Assembly (NCBI GenBank): GCA_027622665.1
Contig: JAQBYT010000003.1
Span: forward strand, 32,001-96,000
Direction: 5' to 3'
DNA length: 64,000 bases
From: Verrucomicrobiota bacterium
GTDB lineage: Bacteria > Verrucomicrobiota > Verrucomicrobiia > Opitutales > Seribacteraceae
The notes under the pieces are model-generated. The model saw only the letters and a list, made by a program, of their open reading frames with translations. It ran no database searches and was not told the origin of the DNA. Numbering within the stretch: position 1 is the first letter of the stretch; every line of letters starts with the position of its first letter. The translations under genes and the position numbers were made by a program. Shown piece by piece: positions 50,999 through 62,897 of the stretch.

Positions 50999-52225
50999 TC
51001 AGACGCTTTTCGTGGTTTCAACTTGTAAAAAAGCAAGCAAGGTTTCCACAGCTATGCGGGAGAATTCGGGATCATTGACGGTAGCGGGAATTTCTTGAAG
51101 ATCTATGTCCTTGCGAAGGTTAGACTTTATGGCAGCGAAGAGGGCTTGATCGGCGGCGGGATCGTGAAAGGGTTGGCCGGGAGCGGAAATGATGCTGATC
51201 GCTTTGGTGGGGAGCAGGACCGCTACGGGACCGGCGGAAAGGTTCGCCTTCTCCGCAAGGATGCGACCGAGATCGGAGCATTCCTCGGGAGTTGTTCGCA
51301 TGAGAGTGACTTGTGGGTTGTGCTCGTAAAAGAGACGGCCTGAGAATTTTCCCGGGATGGTGTCGCGTGGACCAAAATTCACCATGTCGAGACATCCCGG
51401 AGCTATCACGGCAGGCACACCGTTTCTTGCCGCCGCCTCCAAACGAGTAGGCCCGGCGCCAAGAATGCCACCGACAAGTTCATCGGCCCACTCGGTGGTC
51501 GTGAGATCGAGCACACCTGAAACGAGTCCGGTCTCGATGAGGCTCTCCATGGCGCGACCGCCGGCTCCCGTGGCGTGAAAGACGAGCACCTCGTAACCGG
51601 ATTCCTCAAGGATGTTCTTTGCATGATTCACGCATTCGGTGGTGTTTCCGAACATGCTAGCCGCGATGATCGGCTTATCATCGGCTGAAGGAACTTGCGT
51701 TTCCACCATCCCGCAAATGGCTCCTGCGGCATTGGCGAAGATGGCACGTGACACTCGATTAAGGCCAGCGACATCGACCACACTCGGCATCATGACCACA
51801 TCCTTCACACCAACGTAGGACGGCACGTTCTCACTGGCCGCGAGGGTAGACACCATCAGCTTGGGGAAGCCTATGGGCAAGGCCCGCATGGCGGCAGTGC
51901 CGATGGCAGTTCCCCCTCCTCCACCGAGAGAAACGATACCGTGAATCTTCTTTTCGGCTGCCAGCTTGGCGATGACTATAGCGGCGCCTTCCGACATGAC
52001 CTTGACTGCTTCGCCTCGATCACGACGGTCAACGAACGCAGCAAGGTCAGTTCCCGTTGCGGCTACCAATTCCTCGCGAGAAACGTCCGGAGCAATGCTT
52101 GGAGAATCGAGGGAACCAGCGTCGACCAACAACACCTCGTGCCCACGCTTGCGAATAAGGTCGGCGACGTAGGCATGCTCCTCGCCCTTGGTGTCGAAGG
52201 TTCCGAGGACTGCAATGGTAGACAT
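50999..52225 (-). CDS. Tm-1-like ATP-binding domain protein (UPF0261)
   Basis: GTFDTKGEE, LPIGFPKLMVST, DVAGLN, SMFGNTT, VFHATGAGG, HNPQVTLMRT. Confidence 0.92.
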   Translation of the reverse strand: MSTIAVLGTFDTKGEEHAYVADLIRKRGHEVLLVDAGSLDSPSIAPDVSREELVAATGTDLAAFVDRRDRGEAVKVMSEGAAIVIAKLAAEKKIHGIVSLGGGGGTAIGTAAMRALPIGFPKLMVSTLAASENVPSYVGVKDVVMMPSVVDVAGLNRVSRAIFANAAGAICGMVETQVPSADDKPIIAASMFGNTTECVNHAKNILEESGYEVLVFHATGAGGRAMESLIETGLVSGVLDLTTTEWADELVGGILGAGPTRLEAAARNGVPAVIAPGCLDMVNFGPRDTIPGKFSGRLFYEHNPQVTLMRTTPEECSDLGRILAEKANLSAGPVAVLLPTKAISIISAPGQPFHDPAADQALFAAIKSNLRKDIDLQEIPATVNDPEFSRIAVETLLAFLQVETTKSV

Positions 52226-52229
52226 GCGA

Positions 52230-53075
52230 TCAATCCCTCTCGGGAAGCTCGATCTCGCAAAAGGCCTTTACCTGAGAAGTTAGGGCCGTCTCCGTTGGGA
52301 GACGCTCCATCGAACTCGCTCCATAGAAACCGTCGACGCCCCGGCAGTTCCTCAGGACGTAACCCGCGTCCTCAGGCATGGAAATTGGGCCGCCGTGGCA
52401 AATCACCAAGACGTCGTCGCGAACAGACTTGGCGGCATCGGCAATGGCCTGCACTTCCCGCACGGCGTCATCCAGAGTCATGGCAGTCTCGGCCCCGATG
52501 GAACCGCCGGTGGTCAGGCCCATATGAGCCACGATGATATCGGCGCCTGCCTCGGTCATTCGTTTCGATTCCTCCACGTTAAAGACATAAGGAGTTGTCA
52601 GTAGGTCGAGATCGCGTGCCGCCCGTATCAAGTCCACTTCCAAAACGTACCCCATCCCGGTTTCCTCCAAGTTCACGCGCATCTTCCCGTCGAAGAGTCC
52701 GACCGTCGGAAAATTCTGGATCCCGGCGAAGCCCATGTCCTTGAGCTGTCGTAGGAAGGGATCGCGAAGCATGAAGGGGTCGGTACCGTTCACGCCGGCG
52801 AGAACGGGCGTATGCGTCACGGCGGTAAGCACCTCGCGAGCCATGTCCACGACCACCTCGTTGGCATTGCCATAGGCCATAAGCCCGGAAAGAGAACCAC
52901 GACCAGCCATGCGATAACGGCCCGAGTTGTAGATAACGATGAGGTCCACGCCTCCGGCCTCCTCACATTTGGCTGAAATCCCGGTGCCGGCGCCTCCACC
53001 CACGATTGGCTTACCCGAGGCGACCTTGGAGCGAAGGCGTTGGAGAATGGCTAACCGGGTATCGTTTGTAGACAT
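52230..53075 (-). CDS. TIM-barrel protein (phosphoenolpyruvate hydrolase-like; Tm-1 C-terminal homologue)
   Basis: [49 protein letters not shown]. Confidence 0.92.
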   Translation of the reverse strand: MSTNDTRLAILQRLRSKVASGKPIVGGGAGTGISAKCEEAGGVDLIVIYNSGRYRMAGRGSLSGLMAYGNANEVVVDMAREVLTAVTHTPVLAGVNGTDPFMLRDPFLRQLKDMGFAGIQNFPTVGLFDGKMRVNLEETGMGYVLEVDLIRAARDLDLLTTPYVFNVEESKRMTEAGADIIVAHMGLTTGGSIGAETAMTLDDAVREVQAIADAAKSVRDDVLVICHGGPISMPEDAGYVLRNCRGVDGFYGASSMERLPTETALTSQVKAFCEIELPERD

Positions 53076-53103
53076 TGGCTCGATGAAGGGGAACGGGGAA
53101 AAA

Positions 53104-53526
53104 TCAGCCGCCTTTTCCGTCGAGGCTAAGCTTAGTCAAATTGCGAGATTTAAGCATGTCCACGACATCAATAATTTTCTGGTAAGGAAGATTTTTATCC
53201 CCGCGAATATGCACTACGGGCTGGTCCAGTGGTGGGGCCTCGGCGATTTCGTCAAGCAAAGCCTCAAGGCGCTCCTTGGTAACGTCGTCCTCGCCCCATT
53301 GGTAAACGCCATTCGCGTCTATGGTTATTGTTTTGTCCTCGAGCTGCTTCTTGGGTTGCTGTTCGGAGGTACTTTGGTCTGGCAGTTCTATGCGATTATA
53401 TTGCTCGATCACAGGGGTTGTAATCATGAAGATTATGAGCAGGGCAAAAGCCAGATCGATAAGCGGTGTGACGTTTAGGTCGGAAATGGACTCGAGCTTT
53501 TTCTTCTGTTTGAAATCTCGTGCCAT
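53104..53526 (-). CDS. exbD: ExbD/TolR family protein
   Basis: [20 protein letters not shown] with conserved TM Asp; IRGDK. Confidence 0.88.
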   Translation of the reverse strand: MARDFKQKKKLESISDLNVTPLIDLAFALLIIFMITTPVIEQYNRIELPDQSTSEQQPKKQLEDKTITIDANGVYQWGEDDVTKERLEALLDEIAEAPPLDQPVVHIRGDKNLPYQKIIDVVDMLKSRNLTKLSLDGKGG

Positions 53527-53590
53527 GATAAACTTTAAGAATTAGCTGATCGGGAATTTCTCAGGACTTAGACAGAAGCTAAAGAAAAGC

Positions 53591-54289
53591 TTAATTTGCG
53601 GAATCAAGCTCAATGCGGTCGGCCACCAGACTTGCAAAATTCTCCAGACGTGTGATCTCGCTCCGGGTCGAACTAAGCAGGGAGTTGTATATGAAGACGG
53701 TGGGGATCGCGACCAAAAGAGCGGCCACGGTAGTGAGCAAGGCCCCGGATACGCCGGGAGCCAATTGGTCGATCGTAGCCCCGCCCTTTCCCATGGAACC
53801 GAAGGCATCCATCACCCCCCAAACGGTACCGAGAAGACCAAGAAAGGGAGCTCCCGAGACAATAGTTGCAAGATAGATCATCTTGTCCTCATATCTATCG
53901 GTGAGTTCCGAAAGAGTGCGACGGAGAGCGTTTTCGACTTGGCTCATGCGAGCCGAATGGCTTTTGGCACCACTCTTCTCGTGCTTACGGTAAGCCTCCA
54001 TGGCTCGAGACACCAAGCGAAGGAATGGCCCTCCCTCCCCTTTGAACAAGGCGTCGTCATAGTGCATGAGGCTAGGCAGTTCGTGAATTTTCTTTTCGTG
54101 ACGGGCATTGAACTGCTTCAGCTTCCGCAGGTCGGAATACTTCGAATATATAAGCGACCAAGCATAGATGCTGAGACCGAAAAGTGCGAAGATGACGCAC
54201 TTGCCGGCCAAATTGGAATTCCAAAAATAGTCGAAGACATTTGCATCCGCGAGGAAGGAAAATTCGTAGGTGAACAAATTCTTTAGCAT
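53591..54289 (-). CDS. exbB: MotA/TolQ/ExbB proton channel protein
   Basis: APFLGLLGTVWG, APGVSGALLTT, VAIP. Confidence 0.88.
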   Translation of the reverse strand: MLKNLFTYEFSFLADANVFDYFWNSNLAGKCVIFALFGLSIYAWSLIYSKYSDLRKLKQFNARHEKKIHELPSLMHYDDALFKGEGGPFLRLVSRAMEAYRKHEKSGAKSHSARMSQVENALRRTLSELTDRYEDKMIYLATIVSGAPFLGLLGTVWGVMDAFGSMGKGGATIDQLAPGVSGALLTTVAALLVAIPTVFIYNSLLSSTRSEITRLENFASLVADRIELDSAN

Positions 54290-54529
54290 GGCGTTAAGTT
54301 TGCGTAAAAATAGACCAAAGACATCAACGATTGTTCAATAAGGTAAATGAGAGAGTGCAATGAAAAAGAACAGTAATCACAATATAGTGGCTTTCAGACA
54401 ACTTTGAAAATGGTTTTTCGTAGAGATTTCCGAGACAAAAAAAGATACGTTAATACTGATTAATTAACTCGGAGTCCAATCGCTTTAAGTTTGCGAAGAA
54501 AGGCTTTCGCGTACTATTTATTTGGCGAA

Positions 54530-55651
54530 ATGGGAAACGCTGAAGAAACGCTCAAGGAAGCGGAAGAAAGAACCTTCACTCTAACTGGACACAAAGCCTT
54601 GGTGGGTCTTGACGGCTTCGTCGACAAGATAGTTACGCCCGTCAACCAACGGCATGGCATGGGGGAAAACTTCGATCCCATCGAGACCATATCCGATCTC
54701 GGATCTCGAATCACCGCGGCCGCAGGCAAGAGCACCAACATCGAACTGTTTTCCCGATTCGACAAACTCGGCGGCAACGGCCCCATCATGGCAAACTCCT
54801 TGCTCTCTCTTGGATTGCCCACCCGATACGTCGGGGCGCTTGGCCGATCCGAACCTCATCCAGTGTTTAAGGATTTCGCAGAAAAAACGGAAGCCATCAC
54901 CTTGGCCGATCCGGGGATCACCACAGCCTTGGAATTCAAAGACGGCAAAGTGATGTTCGGTGACATGAAGAGCCTCGACGACGTCGATTATTCGCGAATC
55001 CTCGAAGTTTGTGGAGAAGGTAAGTTCATCGACATGCTCGCCCGAGCAAACTTGGTCGCAATGGTCAACTGGACGATGATTCCGAAGATGACGGCCACCC
55101 TCGTCGAAATCTTAGAGAAAATAATGCCCAGCTTGCCTCCTCTGGACACTCGACAGTTTTTCTTTGATCTTGCCGATCCCGCCAAGCGTTCGCAGGAAGA
55201 CATTTTAGAGGCGATGAGAGTTTTTGCTCGTTATCAGGCGCACGCCGAAGTCACCTTGGGATTGAACTTCAACGAAGCCATCCAAGTCTCGCAAGTTCTG
55301 GGATTGAATCCGCAAGACGACGATTCCGCGGGTTTACGGCAAATGGCACAGGATATTCGCAATGAACTGGAACTGGCCTGTGTAGTCGTCCATCCGGTGA
55401 GTTCCGCCGCCTGCGCCACAAAGAAAGACAGTTGGTGGGCGCCGGGACCTTTTACTCCTAATCCCAAAATTACGACCGGGGCGGGCGATCACTTCAACGC
55501 CGGGTTCTGCGCGGCTCGATTGTGCGGATTCTCGCCAAGAAGTTGCCTTACGCTCGCCAGTTGCACCTCCGGGTACTATGTTCGGACTGCACAAAGCCCG
55601 TCCTCCTCACAGGTGGTGGGTTTCCTACGAGAACTTACACAAGAATCATGA
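54530..55651 (+). CDS. PfkB family carbohydrate kinase
   Basis: KLGGNG and TTGAGDHFNAG (PfkB signature). Confidence 0.82.
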   Translation: MGNAEETLKEAEERTFTLTGHKALVGLDGFVDKIVTPVNQRHGMGENFDPIETISDLGSRITAAAGKSTNIELFSRFDKLGGNGPIMANSLLSLGLPTRYVGALGRSEPHPVFKDFAEKTEAITLADPGITTALEFKDGKVMFGDMKSLDDVDYSRILEVCGEGKFIDMLARANLVAMVNWTMIPKMTATLVEILEKIMPSLPPLDTRQFFFDLADPAKRSQEDILEAMRVFARYQAHAEVTLGLNFNEAIQVSQVLGLNPQDDDSAGLRQMAQDIRNELELACVVVHPVSSAACATKKDSWWAPGPFTPNPKITTGAGDHFNAGFCAARLCGFSPRSCLTLASCTSGYYVRTAQSPSSSQVVGFLRELTQES

Positions 55652-56298
55652 GTCACGAAAAAGGAATTTTAATCTCCTTCGAGGGATCCGAAGGATGCGG
55701 CAAGTCTACCCAGATTCGTCGCATCGCCGATCGTCTGGAGGACATCGATCACCGCGAGGTGGTAGTAACGCGCGAACCCGGAGGCACACTTATCGGCGAG
55801 GATATTCGCCACCTTCTCATGCATGCGGAGGAAGCTCAGGCCATGTTCCCCGAGACAGAACTTCTGCTCTTTGCCGCGAGCCGGGCTCAGCTGGTGAGGG
55901 AAGTCATTTTCCCTGCCGTCAAGGAAGGGAAAATCGTCCTTTGCGACCGTTTTCTCGACTCCACAACAGTCTACCAAGGCGTAGCTCGACAAATTGCCGA
56001 GGACCCCGTGACTCAAATCAACAACTTCGCCGTCGGTGAAATCATTCCCGATCTCACCGTCATTCTGGATATTCCTCCGGAATTAGGTCTGGAGCGCATT
56101 CGGCATCGGGTGTCCGATATGCCTGACCGCATGGAGCAGGAAAACGTCGAGTTCTATGGTAAAGTGCGAGAAGGTTACCTCCACCTGGCTCGTTCCCTTC
56201 CTGAACGCTTCTTCGTAATAGACGGCGAGCTCGACCCCGACGATATCGAACTTGAGATTTGGAATGAGATGCACGCCCGCTTCTTTGCCGAAGATTAG
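55648..56298 (+). CDS. tmk: Thymidylate kinase
   Basis: FEGSEGCGKSTQ, TREPGGT, LCDRF, PDLT. Confidence 0.95.
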   Translation: MSHEKGILISFEGSEGCGKSTQIRRIADRLEDIDHREVVVTREPGGTLIGEDIRHLLMHAEEAQAMFPETELLLFAASRAQLVREVIFPAVKEGKIVLCDRFLDSTTVYQGVARQIAEDPVTQINNFAVGEIIPDLTVILDIPPELGLERIRHRVSDMPDRMEQENVEFYGKVREGYLHLARSLPERFFVIDGELDPDDIELEIWNEMHARFFAED

Positions 56299-56311
56299 TA
56301 GTCACTGAATA

Positions 56312-58663
<2,352 letters not shown>

Positions 58664-58739
58664 CTCCCCGTCGAAGACGAGCTAAATTGTCCAACTGAAA
58701 AGCCAAAGTCGATAGAGAAAAAGTGGGGGTAAATCTCTG

Positions 58740-59864
58740 TTAAACCCTCAGAACCCTAGCTACTTCCTCAGCGTTCAGTGAATGCCCGACAAGAGGTTGA
58801 GAACCGTCGGCGGCCACTTGCTGCCATGCTGCGGATAGGGTTCCATCGGCAAGGAAAATCGCCGAGGCATAACGACTGCAACCGGTTGCATGAGGTGAGA
58901 TGAATAGAGGAAAATCTTGCGATATGCGACGCAACTGTGGAAACTCATCGTCAAATCCCCAAGCGAGTCCGCCGAGTTCCTCGCAGGAGTAACCTCTGGG
59001 TCTACGAGCCGCCTTCGGATTTTGGTCAAGGGACCGTAGGCACTCTGCCCCGTCATAGAAGTATAAAGACAGAGGAGCCAGATTCTCGAGAATGCCCACT
59101 TGCGGCAACGGGAGCCGTTCAGTAACACGAACACAGGCGACGTCCCAGCTCGGACCTCGATCCAGTAAGCTCTTGCTAACGAGGTGGAAGGGGCCTCCGG
59201 AAGCCTCGCGAGTGGCCAAACCTGTATTGGAGCTAGACCAAGAAAAGGGATGCGAGCAAAAAACGAGTTGCGTGAAACCATCGGAAGTCCGAAAGGCCAC
59301 GGGATCCTTCATATGCAAAAAACCTCCCTCCGAAGTCGAAAGTACAGTAGCCGAGTTTTCGGTACTGATCGAGGTCGGATCCGAGGAATCACCAGAAAGG
59401 CAGTCGATGCTCCAGACTCCAGTTCCGGGCTTCTGAAAGTGAATGAGATTCTTGGGATACGGAATTTGTTTCTCGGTAGAGACAAACAATTCCCAAGACT
59501 CACCATCGACGGAAGGCAAGAGACTTCCACCCTCGATTGAGACTACGGAAGCATCCTCGGTGGAGAGATCCGCCTTGGAGAAGGAATGAATTTTCTCGAA
59601 CGGGCCTTCGGAATTCGTTGCCCTGAAGATGGAAAGCTCAAGGCCTCTCTCACCGGCGTCGGTTCCCTTGCGGGCATCTCCAGAATTACGATAGCGACCA
59701 CAAAGCAACAAGTCGCCGGAAGGCTCTTGAACAAGGTTTCCTCCTCCGAACCAGTAACCGCTTGCTTCGCCCAACGCAGGAACAAGAGTACGGGCGGCAT
59801 GCTGATCGAGCAGGCGAAGACCCAACTGACGAAGCTTTTCCGGGAGTTCTTCGGGAAAGTTCAC
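58740..59864 (-). CDS. Hypothetical glycosidase-like beta-propeller protein
   Basis: GYWFGGGN, SIEG, HMKDP, YDGAEC, SRY motifs; family assignment tentative. Confidence 0.55.
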   Translation of the reverse strand: MNFPEELPEKLRQLGLRLLDQHAARTLVPALGEASGYWFGGGNLVQEPSGDLLLCGRYRNSGDARKGTDAGERGLELSIFRATNSEGPFEKIHSFSKADLSTEDASVVSIEGGSLLPSVDGESWELFVSTEKQIPYPKNLIHFQKPGTGVWSIDCLSGDSSDPTSISTENSATVLSTSEGGFLHMKDPVAFRTSDGFTQLVFCSHPFSWSSSNTGLATREASGGPFHLVSKSLLDRGPSWDVACVRVTERLPLPQVGILENLAPLSLYFYDGAECLRSLDQNPKAARRPRGYSCEELGGLAWGFDDEFPQLRRISQDFPLFISPHATGCSRYASAIFLADGTLSAAWQQVAADGSQPLVGHSLNAEEVARVLRV

Positions 59865-59920
59865 TGTTTACAAAGCACTGACAGTTGCGACCGGAATACA
59901 AACAGAAATCGGGAGACGAA

Positions 59921-61195
59921 TTAGCGCATCATACCTGCGGCCAAAGTCTCGTTGGTGAAGGAGTCCACCAAGATAAAACTCCCCGTATTGCGATTGCGCC
60001 GATAAGTATCGAAAAACAAAGGTTGGGAAACGCGCAGGGTGACTCGACCGATGTCGTTCATTCCGAACTCATGATCATCCTCGACCTTGTGCAAGGTATT
60101 GACGTCCACCTTGTACAAAACCTCGGTGACGATAGCCTGAACGTCCTTGGTAGTATGCCGCAGAAGATATTTTGATCCGGCCACTAGCTTCTTGGAAGAG
60201 GAAAACCAGCACAACATCGCATCCAAGTTCTGATCAACCTTGGGCTGGTTGTTGGGCTTCACCAGCATGTCGCCGCGGCTGACGTCGATTTCGTCCTCAA
60301 GCGTAACGGTAACGGAGAGCGGATTATACGCTTTTTCCAGTTCCTTCTCCGCCATGAAGATCTTCTTTATCCGTGTCGAAAACCCGGAAGGCAGCACGGT
60401 CACCTCGTCGCCCGGCTTGAAGACCCCCCCGGCCACTCGACCGGCAAAACCCCGAAAATCGTGATGTTCGTCGGAATGCGGGCGTATCACCCACTGGACG
60501 GGAAAACGGGCATCCACATGATTGGCATCGGACCCCACGTATACGGTTTCGAGATGATAAAGGAGCGAAGACCCCTTGTACCACGGCATGTGCTCGGATC
60601 GCTCCACGACGTTGTCACCTTTCAATGCGCTGATCGGAATGAAGGTCAGCTCAGTAACGTTATCGAGACGGGAGGCAAAATCGCCGAACTCCTTGAGAAC
60701 CTTATCGTATGGATCCTGACCGTAGTCCACGAGATCCATCTTGTTAATGCAGACGGCGACGTGCTTGATCCCGAGAAGATCAGCAATGAAAGCGTGGCGC
60801 TTGGTCTGCTCGATCACTCCCTTGCGGGCATCGACCAATATGAGGGCTAGGTTTGCCGTAGAGGCCCCCGTCACCATGTTGCGGGTGTACTGGATGTGGC
60901 CCGGCGTATCCGCGATGATGAATTTTCGCTTGGGCGTGGCAAAATAACGGTAGGCGACGTCGATGGTAATTCCTTGCTCTCGCTCGGCCCTCAATCCGTC
61001 GGTCAACAAAGCAAGGTTAACGTTTTCGTCACCATGCTGCTTGCTGGAACGCTCGATGGCCTCTAGCTGGTCCTCGAAGATGGACTTGGTGTCGTAAAAA
61101 AGTCGCCCGACGAGGGTACTCTTTCCGTCGTCCACGCTTCCCGCAGTAGTGAACCGCAGCAGATCCATTTCCAGATAATTCTTGTCTTCGGTCAT
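59921..61195 (-). CDS. cysN: Sulfate adenylyltransferase subunit 1
   Basis: GSVDDGKST, EREQGITIDVAYRYF, DTPGH, NKMD. Confidence 0.96.
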   Translation of the reverse strand: MTEDKNYLEMDLLRFTTAGSVDDGKSTLVGRLFYDTKSIFEDQLEAIERSSKQHGDENVNLALLTDGLRAEREQGITIDVAYRYFATPKRKFIIADTPGHIQYTRNMVTGASTANLALILVDARKGVIEQTKRHAFIADLLGIKHVAVCINKMDLVDYGQDPYDKVLKEFGDFASRLDNVTELTFIPISALKGDNVVERSEHMPWYKGSSLLYHLETVYVGSDANHVDARFPVQWVIRPHSDEHHDFRGFAGRVAGGVFKPGDEVTVLPSGFSTRIKKIFMAEKELEKAYNPLSVTVTLEDEIDVSRGDMLVKPNNQPKVDQNLDAMLCWFSSSKKLVAGSKYLLRHTTKDVQAIVTEVLYKVDVNTLHKVEDDHEFGMNDIGRVTLRVSQPLFFDTYRRNRNTGSFILVDSFTNETLAAGMMR

Positions 61196-61204
61196 TTGAA
61201 TGTC

Positions 61205-62110
61205 CTAAAAATATCCTTGTTTCTTACGGTCTTCCATCGCTGCCTCGGAACGACGGTCATCGGTGCGGGAACCACGTTCGGTAATTCTCGAGGCAGCCAC
61301 CTCTTGGATAACCTCGTCAAGAGAAGAGGCATTGGACCGAACGGCACCCGTGCAAGTGGCATCACCAATCGTGCGAAAGCGTACCGTTTCCTTGGCAGGG
61401 TTTTCACCCTCACGGGGAACGACGAATTCCGAAACTGCGAGAAGGCTGCCGTTCCGCTCAACCACCTCTCGCTCATGGGCGAAGTAAAGACTCGGCAAGT
61501 CGATTTCCTCGAGTCGGGCATATTGCCAAATATCCATCTCCGTCCAATTGCTAAGAGGGAAGATACGAAAGTTTTCGCCGGGAGCCATTCGACCATTGAA
61601 CAGGTTCCAAAGCTCGGGTCGCTGGTTCTTGGGGTCCCACTGCCCAAACGCATCACGATGAGAGAAGAAACGTTCCTTCGCCCGAGCCTTCTCCTCGTCC
61701 CGGCGACCGCCACCGAGACAGGCGTCAAAGCCTTCACGCTCGATGGACTCCAACAGGGTCACGGACTGCAGGCCATTTCGGCTGGCGTCTGGCCCCGTTT
61801 CTTCCTCCACCGTGCCTCGTTCGATCGAATCCTGCACCAACCCCACGACCAATTGGGCTCCCCGTTTCTCCACGAAACGATCTCGGAACTCAATGGTCTC
61901 GGGGAAATTGTGCCCCGTGTCCACATGAAGAAAATGAAAGGGTGTCTTTGCAGGGGCAAAGGCCTTAGCGGCCAAATGCGCCATCACGATGGAATCCTTC
62001 CCCCCCGAAAAAAGAAGGCAGGGACGTTCGAACTGGGCGGCCGTCTCCCGCAGCACGAAAATGGACTCGGACTCGAGTTGGTTGAGGTGCGTGGCGTTGT
62101 ATGTGCGCAT
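61205..62110 (-). CDS. cysD: Sulfate adenylyltransferase subunit 2
   Basis: FSGGKDS, GGRRDEEKARAKER, WDPKNQRPELW, MEDRKKQGYF. Confidence 0.97.
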   Translation of the reverse strand: MRTYNATHLNQLESESIFVLRETAAQFERPCLLFSGGKDSIVMAHLAAKAFAPAKTPFHFLHVDTGHNFPETIEFRDRFVEKRGAQLVVGLVQDSIERGTVEEETGPDASRNGLQSVTLLESIEREGFDACLGGGRRDEEKARAKERFFSHRDAFGQWDPKNQRPELWNLFNGRMAPGENFRIFPLSNWTEMDIWQYARLEEIDLPSLYFAHEREVVERNGSLLAVSEFVVPREGENPAKETVRFRTIGDATCTGAVRSNASSLDEVIQEVAASRITERGSRTDDRRSEAAMEDRKKQGYF

Positions 62111-62170
62111 CGTATTTGTTCAAAAAAAAGATCTTGGCAGTAAGTCTAAAAAAGGAATTAAATATCCGGC

Positions 62171-62776
62171 TTATTCGTGAAGCTGAACCAAGGGGAGGAC
62201 CGCATCCATCAATTGAACGAGGGATTCCTCGGGCGAAGACTTCTCGGTCTCGATGGTCAACCAAGGCGAGTCCGGTTCATCGAAGGTGGACGCCTTGCCC
62301 GTGAAATCGGATATCTCCCCTGCCCTCGCCTTTGCATAAAGCCCCTTCACGTCGCGCTCCTCGCAGGTAGCGTAGGAAGCCTTGACGTAAACCTCTCGAA
62401 AATCATCTTCGCCTACGATTGCCCGTGCGGTCTCGCGAAATTCCTGCCGAGGGGTGATGAAGGAAACGATGGTCACCAAACCGCTCTCAGCAAAAAGCTT
62501 GGCCACCTCGGCCACCCGACGCAGGTTTTCCTCACGATCCTCATCGGAAAAACCGAGATCCTTGTTCAAGCCCGATCTCAAGTTATCACCATCCAGAACG
62601 GCGGCAACCAGACCGTTTTCATGCAGGCTACGCTCCAATCCGATGGCCAACGTGCTCTTCCCCGAACCCGACAATCCATACAACCAGAACACCCGCCCGC
62701 TTTGGCGAAGCAGGCGTTCCTTGTCGGCCCGGGGCAATAATTTGTCCGCAACCGGATGTACGTTCGTGGCGACCAT
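62171..62776 (-). CDS. cysC: Adenylyl-sulfate (APS) kinase
   Basis: GLSGSGKST, LDGDNLR, RDVKGLY, FTG. Confidence 0.95.
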   Translation of the reverse strand: MVATNVHPVADKLLPRADKERLLRQSGRVFWLYGLSGSGKSTLAIGLERSLHENGLVAAVLDGDNLRSGLNKDLGFSDEDREENLRRVAEVAKLFAESGLVTIVSFITPRQEFRETARAIVGEDDFREVYVKASYATCEERDVKGLYAKARAGEISDFTGKASTFDEPDSPWLTIETEKSSPEESLVQLMDAVLPLVQLHE

Positions 62777-62897
62777 GAAGTATCGGGGGGAAACAAACAA
62801 GCATACCATTTTCCCCGAAAAGTAAAAGCCAATACCTGTCATAGGACATTAGCGGGAGCTCATGGCAATGGGTTCCGTGATCTGAATGCTGGCTAGG

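Noticed and set aside
54290..54529. Replication origin
   Set aside because: AT-rich, but no DnaA-box cluster (TTATCCACA) was seen.
61196..62143. 315-aa plus-strand ORF
   Set aside because: Antisense shadow of cysD.
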